Assembly (NCBI GenBank): GCA_964016885.1
Contig: OZ024748.1
Coordinates: 47,864,001 to 47,928,000 of the forward strand
From: Eledone cirrhosa
Lineage: Eukaryota
Length of the DNA stretch: 64,000 nucleotides
Reading direction: 5' to 3'
Both the position numbers and the translations under genes were made by a program. Position 1 is the stretch's first letter. Every line of letters begins with the position of its first letter. Shown here in pieces: positions 57,287 through 64,000 of the stretch. The notes below the pieces were generated by a model. That model did no database searches. It was not told the DNA's origin and worked only from the letters and a program-made list of their open reading frames with translations.

Positions 57287-57918
57287 AAGAGAGAGAAAGA
57301 GAGAGAGAAAGAGGGGAAGAGAGAGAGAGAAGGAGAGAGAGAGAGAGAGAGAGAGGGGGTGACCATTATCTATATATAACTGCTGTATAAGATGTCTTTC
57401 CTTTGCTTCCATCAACCAAAGTTGATCTGAACCTAAACCTACCACATTCTAATCCACCATTCTCACCTCTCCACCAAAACTTCTTTTGTTTGCTTTCTTC
57501 CAGTCATCTTGTTTCACAGTCAAGAGATAATTTCGTTAACTCTCTCTATATATATACTCTCCATTTAACAATTTTCTTTTGCTCCAGCAGACATTAAGAT
57601 TGTACTATTGTAGTTTTCTACCATTTTTCTCATTTTTTATATAATTTTTTCTTCATTTATGCTGCTCCGGCCTTCCTACCTTCTCTCTTCTTTTTCTTCT
57701 TTTTTTCTTTTTCCTCCTTCTTTTCCTTCTTTTACTGCTTCTTTTTTCTTATTCTTCTTTGCCTGCTTCTTTTTCTTCCTTCTTCTTTGCCTTCTCCCTC
57801 TTCTCCTTCCCCTTCGTTTTCTTCCATTTTCTTTGCCTTGTCCCTCTTCTCTCTTCTTCTACTTTTTCTCCTCCTTCCTCTTCTTCTCATTCTCCCTCTT
57901 CTACATTGAAACTCATAC

Positions 57919-57993
57919 CTGCGGCATAATTCCATAGTGATCTTCAGTTAAAGGTGTGCCACGATATTTTTGGTAAACCGAATTAGTAGCCAT
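57919..57993 (-). CDS. Candidate first coding exon of an unknown gene antisense to the myosin
   Basis: Pyrimidine-rich acceptor at 58024, in-frame upstream stop, caacaATGG, MATNSVYQKYRGTPLTEDHYGIMPQ, CAG|GTATGA donor. Confidence 0.5.
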
Positions 57994-58177
57994 TGTTGGC
58001 AACTTTTCTTAATGACTGGATGGCTGATGTGGAGAAGTGGATGTGATGAAGTGAGAGATCGATCACACACTCGATACAGATTTACATTCATTACTCAGGT
58101 ATTGACAGTTCAAAATCTCCTCCAGGTGTCTCTCAAGGTGTTTCTCTTGGGGTTTTTTTAGCTATTATTATTTTTGG

Positions 58178-58634
58178 GTGGTGGATTGGCAGTATCGCTA
58201 GAGAGTCAAATGCCATGCTTTAGAGTTATGGTCTGAGTTCAAATCCCACCAAGGTTAACTTTGCCTTTCATCCTTAGAGGGTCGATAAAATAAAGTACCA
58301 GTAATATACTGGATAATTGCTGGCCTTGTGCCAAAAGTAGAAACAATTATTATTATTATTATTATTTTTGGTTTCTGAACAGAGCACTATATTCTACAGG
58401 ATTCCTGTGTACCTTGTTGTTGTTGTTGTTGTTTTGTTCCTTAGGCATAGGGCTGATCAGTTCTGATTAAGCATTAGACATCATCATCATTATTATCATC
58501 ATCGACCCCCGTAAGGATGAATGGCAAAGTTAACCTCAGTTCAAATCCCGCCGAGGTTAACTTTGCCTTTCATCCTTATGGGGTCGATAAAATAAAGTAC
58601 CAGTAATACACTGGGGTAATTGCTGGCCTTGTGC
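58178..58634 (+). mobile_element. SINE family 2 copies (58178-58365; rearranged 58500-58634)
   Basis: Core motif; the second copy has an inverted 5' piece. Confidence 0.85.
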
Positions 58635-59071
58635 AACCACCACCACCCTCATCATCATCATCATCATCATCACCACCATCACCATCACAACCCCCACCAC
58701 ACCTATTATCATCATCAACACCATCAACACCACTGTCATCAACATCAACACCACCATCATCAACATTATCATCATCACCTCTACCAACACGAACACCACC
58801 ACCACCACCACCATTACCAGCACAACCACCGCCAACCCCATCATTATCATCATCACCTCTACCAACACCACCACCACCACCACCACCACCACCACCACCA
58901 TTACCAGCACAACCACCACCAACCCCATCATTATCATCATCACCTCTACCAACACCACCACCACCACCACCACCACCACCACCATTACCAGCACAACCAC
59001 CACCAACCCCATCATCATCATCATCAACACCACTACCAACACCATCATCCCTCCACCATCACCACAACCAC

Positions 59072-59110
<39 letters not shown>

Positions 59111-59200
59111 ATGACTTTTTTCTATGCTGACATGATTTAAATAGATTGTCACAGACCAAAACCAATATTTAGTTGAATTTACTATCCACTCACTAACAGC

Positions 59201-59241
<41 letters not shown>

Positions 59242-59419
59242 TGTGGATGGGGGGGGGTCTCATACCTGTCTTACTTACATTCCAGTTCTGGTATATTTTC
59301 TATAAGTGGATATCCTACCTGTAACAAATCACTTTATAAAGTGTATTGGGTGAGTTTTAACATGTCACCAGAAATAAAGAGTTTTTATCACTTTATTTAA
59401 CACAAGTGAAGAGTTCTGC

Positions 59420-60275
59420 TGACCTTGCTTTGCTCATACAGGAACTGATTCTAGGCTGCCCTTCCTAACACCAACCTCATTTACAGTGAGTGCTGGGTGC
59501 TTTTTTTCCGTGGCACCTACACGTCCACTTTACAGTGTGGGCTCTGGGTGCTTTTTTGCCGTGGCACCTCCATGACCACTTTACAGTGTGGGCTCTGGGT
59601 GCTTTTTTGCCGTGGCACCTCCATGACCACTTTACAGTGTGGGCTCTGGGTGCTTTTTTGCCGTGGCACCTCCATGACCACTTTACAGTGTGGGCTGGGT
59701 GCTTTTTTGCCGTGGCACCTCCATGACCACTTTACAGTGTGGGCTCTGGGTGCTTTTTTGCCGTGGCACCTCCATGACCACTTTACAGTGTGGGCTGGGT
59801 GCTTTTTTTCCGTGGCACCTACACGTCCACTTTACAGTGTGGGCTGGGTGCTTTTTTGCCGTGGCACCTCCATGACCACTTTACAGTGTGGGCTGGGTGC
59901 TTTTTTGCCGTGGCACCTCCATGACCACTTTACAGTGTGGGCTGGGTGCTTTTTTGCCGTGGCACCTCCACGACCACTTTACAGTGTGGGTTGGGTGCTT
60001 TTTTGCCGTGGCACCTACACGTCCACTTTACAGTGTGGGTTGGGTGCTTTTTTGCCGTGGCACCTACACGTCCACTTTACAGTGTGGGCTGGGTGCTTTT
60101 TTGCCGTGGCACCTCCATGACCACTTTACAGTGTGGGCTGGGTGCTTTTTTGCCGTGGCACCTCCACGACCACTTTGCAGTGGGAGTGTGTGCGGGCATA
60201 TTGTTTATATGCTTTAGCTTCGGCTTGTTCATGTGTGTGGGGGGGGGGTCTTCTGTATTACTGAGTGACGCATAA
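59420..60275 (-). repeat. RTE/SINE 3' UTR with 45-47-bp unit expanded to about 15 copies
   Basis: ctgggtgcttttttgccgtggcacctccatgaccactttacagtgtggg repeats over 59490-60180. Confidence 0.92.
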
Positions 60276-61092
60276 TAATAATAATAATTGTTTCTACTGT
60301 TGGTACAAGGCCAGCAAATATCCAGTACATTACTGGTACTTTATTTTATCGACCCCGTAAGGATGAAAGGCAAAGTTAACCTCGGCGGGATTTGAACTCA
60401 GATCGTAAAGTGACGTAAGTATGCTGGAAAGAAAGGCAAAATTATCGTCAGCGGAATTTGAAATCTGACTGTGAAGGGCCGTAACTCTGTGTTGCAAAGC
60501 ATGGCGTCCAACCCTCTAACGATACTGCCAATCCACATCCTATAGGGAAGTTTCAAATAATAATGGTTTCTTATATAGGCACAAGGCCATCAATTTTGGT
60601 GGAGGGAAAGTCGATTAAATCAACCCCAGTACATTACTGGTGCTTTATTTTATCGACCCCGTAAGGATGAAAGGCAAAGCTAACCTCGGTGGGATTTGAA
60701 CTCAGATTGCAAAGGAGTATAACCTTATGCCATAAAGCAAGGTCTCTGATGCTCTACCAACTCGGCTAATCTACTATGCTTTCAAATAATAATTGTTTCT
60801 ACTTTTTGGCACAAGGCCTACAATTATCCAGTGTATTACTGGTACTTTATTTTATCGACCCCGAAAGGATGAAAGGCAAAGTTAACCTCGGCGAGATTTG
60901 AACTCAAACCGTAAAGGGACGTAACTATGCTAGAAAGCATGGCGTCCAACCCTCTACTGATACTGCCAATAATGATTTCTACTATAGGTACAAGGCCAGT
61001 AATTTGGGAGGAGAGGAAAGTCGATTAAATCAACCCCAGTACGTTACTGATACTTTATTTTATCGACCCTGTAAGGATGAAAGCAAAGTAGC
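60273..61092 (-). mobile_element. Head-to-tail cluster of four SINE family 2 copies
   Basis: Tails at about 60283, 60557, 60785, 60969. Confidence 0.88.
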
Positions 61093-61871
61093 CAAACAAG
61101 GTTCACATTAAGGTAACAATAGAGACAGCACAGAGCGATACAGTGTGGGTTTTTGTGTGTAAAAAAAATGATAAAAACTTTAAAAAACAAAAAAAAAAAC
61201 ATTTAAAAATCAAACAAACAAATAACAACAACAACAACAACAACAACAACAATAATAATAACAAGGAATTTGATAGTTACATATGAGATTGTTTTTTTTA
61301 TAAAATTATATAATTTAAAATACTTTATCTGAAACAATTTAAAAGAAAGAAAGAGCGACAAAAAGAAAGAAAGAAAGAGCGACAAAAAGAAAGAAAGAGT
61401 GAAAGAAAGAAAGAAAGGGCGAAAGAAAGAAAGAGCAAGAGAAAGAAAGAAAGAGTGAAAGAAAGAAAGAAAGACAACACTATTTCCTTAACATTTCTAC
61501 AGACAAACACTTGTCTTCCCTTTCCTAATATTTTTACCAAAAACTTGAAAGGTGAACTTGTTTGGTGTAAACAAACAAATGATGGAGTTTATTGAAGTGG
61601 GGTAGGGTAAGGGAAAGGAAAATAAACATCAAACTCTGAAAATATATATATATATGTATATAAAATAGACAACGGAAAAATGTGTCTTAAATTCTTCAGA
61701 TCTTAAAAAGGTCAAGAAAATTATTACAATGAGAAAATGTTTTATTTTCTCTAAAGAATTCTTTATATATGTTTTTGTTTCAACATGATGGTCCATTAAT
61801 TGACTATAATTCTTGCTCTGTTGGTGCTGTTCTCTTGATTGAGAGAATATAACCATTTCACCAGAGGCCTC

Positions 61872-61908
<37 letters not shown>

Positions 61909-62000
61909 GCGTCCTTATTGCCATTATCATCATCATCATCAACATCGTCCTTATTGCCATTATCATCATCATCAACATCATTATCATCATCGTCCTTATT

Positions 62001-62190
62001 GCGGTGGATTGGCAGTATCGGTAGAAGGTCGGACGCCATGTTTTCCAGCATAGTTACGTCCCTTTACGGTCTGAGTTCAAATCCCGCCGAGGTTGACTTT
62101 GCCTTTCATCCTTACGGGGTCGATAAAATAAAGTACCAGTAATGCACTGGGTAGTTGCTGGCCTTGTGCCTAAAGTAGAAACAATTATCA
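62001..62190 (+). mobile_element. SINE family 2 in (CAT)n
   Basis: Full consensus. Confidence 0.9.
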
Positions 62191-62230
62191 TCATCATCAT
62201 CATTATCATCATCGTCCTTATTGCCATTAC

Positions 62231-62273
<43 letters not shown>

Positions 62274-62431
62274 GTCCTTATTGCTATTATCATCATCATC
62301 ATCATCATCTTCATTGTTGTCATTGCTATCTGCATCATCGTCACACAACTATTCATTAACAGACATCATCATCATCATCATCATTTTCATTATCATTGAA
62401 AATAATCAAGAATTTAGAGAGATTTACTAAG

Positions 62432-62612
62432 ATAATTGGTTCTACTTTTGGCACAAGGCCAGCAATTACCCAGTACATTACTGGTACTTTATTTTATCGA
62501 CCCTGTAAGGATGAAAGGCAAAGTTAACCTCGGCTGGATTTGAACTCAGAATGGCAAGGGCCGTAACTCTATGCTGCAAAGCATGGTATCCGACCCTCTA
62601 CTGATACTGCCA
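62432..62612 (-). mobile_element. SINE family 2
   Basis: Full consensus on the reverse strand. Confidence 0.9.
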
Positions 62613-62757
62613 AAGTTTCTCACTATTAAATTGGTGTTTGGAGTCTAACCTAAAGAGTCCTTCATGATAGAAGGTGTTAAGATAAATGTAGACCCATCCA
62701 ACCCATCCAACCCTTGCTAGCGGATGTTAAAACGAGGATAATGAGGATGAGGATAAA

Positions 62758-63138
62758 TACGGGGGTAATCCCAAAAGTAAGGTCTCCAAAGCTATGGGGA
62801 CGCACAGAAACTGTTCGAACGGCTGTTGGCAACACTGTTGTGATTGGTGCTTCCTTCACTCCCAAACAAGCATGCGCGCGCTTCGCTGGGATTCTCAATC
62901 TTGGCTTGGCAGTCGTTGAGAATGGAGCCACCAAGTGCAAATTTCGCGCAGTTATTATATACGAGGGCAATCCCAAAAGTAAGGTCTCCTTCTGAGGAAA
63001 ACATGCGTAAGGATCGGCCGATCACTCTGGATGCTCTTTGCATTTTGGTTCCTGAGGTTTCCCGAAGCACCATCCACAGGATTTTAATGGAAAAGTTGCA
63101 ATATCGGGAGGAGACCTTACTTTTGGGATTGCCCTCGT
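62758..63138 (+). mobile_element. Internally deleted mariner with duplicated left TIR
   Basis: TACG(A/G)GGG(C/T)AATCCCAAAAGTAAGGTCTCC at 62758 and 62959, inverted at about 63109-63138; transposase HTH remnant RKDRPITLDAL..SRSTIHRILMEKLQYR. Confidence 0.85.
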
Positions 63139-63193
63139 ACTTTAAAATAAGCAGTTTTGTACCATAGAACCAGAGACAGTTTCAAGCAATAGT

Positions 63194-64000
63194 CATCATC
63201 ATCATCATCATCATTTTACGTCCGCTTTTCCCTGCTTCCAAATGTGGGATGGGTCCTATTCAGTACAGCATCTCTCCATGTGTCATGGTCCTTCGTCATC
63301 TCCTCCTTGAACTTCAGCGATCTGAGGCCTGGATTTTCATGGTCTTCCTCTACTGCGTCTTCCTTCTACTAGGATTCTTGGCACTTCTTTACCCAGCGGT
63401 CATCCTCCATGCGCATCACATGTCCATACCAACACAGTCTTCTCTCCCACACACTACAGTTTAATCCTCTTATACACAGTTTCACTCTCACCACATCACC
63501 CATGATTTTCATGGTCTTCCTCTACTGCGTCTTCCTTCTACTAGGATTCTTGGCACTTCTTTACCCAGCGGTCATCCTCCATGCGCATCACATGTCCATA
63601 CCAACACAGTCTTCTCTCCCACACACTACAGTTTAATCCTCTTATACACAGTTTCACTCTCACCACATCACCCATGATTTTCATGGTCTTCCTCTACTGC
63701 GTCTTCCTTCTACTAGGATTCTTGGCACTTCTTTACCCAGCGGTCATCCTCCATGCGCATCACATGTCCATACCAACACAGTCTTCTCTCCCACACACTA
63801 CAGTTTAATCCTCTTATACACAGTTTCACTCTCACCACATCACCCATGATTTTCATGGTCTTCCTCTACTGCGTCTTCCTTCTACTAGGATTCTTGGCAC
63901 TTCTTTACCCAGCGGTCATCCTCCATGCGCATCACATGTCCATACCAACACAGTCTTCTCTCCCACACACTACAGTTTAATCCTCTTATACACAGTTTCA
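63194..64000 (-). repeat. RTE LINE 3' end with perfect 172-bp tandem array (about 4 copies, runs off window)
   Basis: Minus strand encodes ERRLCWYGHVMRMEDDRWVKKC; tail GCGGACGTAAA(ATG)n at 63194-63230. Confidence 0.9.

Overview
Very repeat-dense, AT-rich animal DNA. The SINE and MITE repertoire points to an octopus or other coleoid cephalopod, which is an inference from repeat types. Most ORF-track entries are microsatellite artefacts. Real content: (1) the first coding exon of a class-I unconventional myosin (Myo1a/1b-like, 50698-50832, +), and a weaker candidate antisense gene whose first coding exon lies in the myosin intron; (2) three 5'-truncated Penelope-like retroelements (Naiad-type; two keep RT + GIY-YIG, one only GIY-YIG) inserted at (TA)n; (3) more than a dozen complete or partial hammerhead-ribozyme (HHR) motifs from several pLTR families, many in asymmetric fold-back units at (TA)n that share a small hairpin at the start of an optional tail; (4) stacked Tx1-like LINE ends in a (GATA)n tract; (5) two abundant tRNA-SINE families, RTE fragments, mariner, TTAA and hAT MITEs, and a Helitron, several of which have produced local tandem arrays. 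All coordinates and alignments were read by eye.
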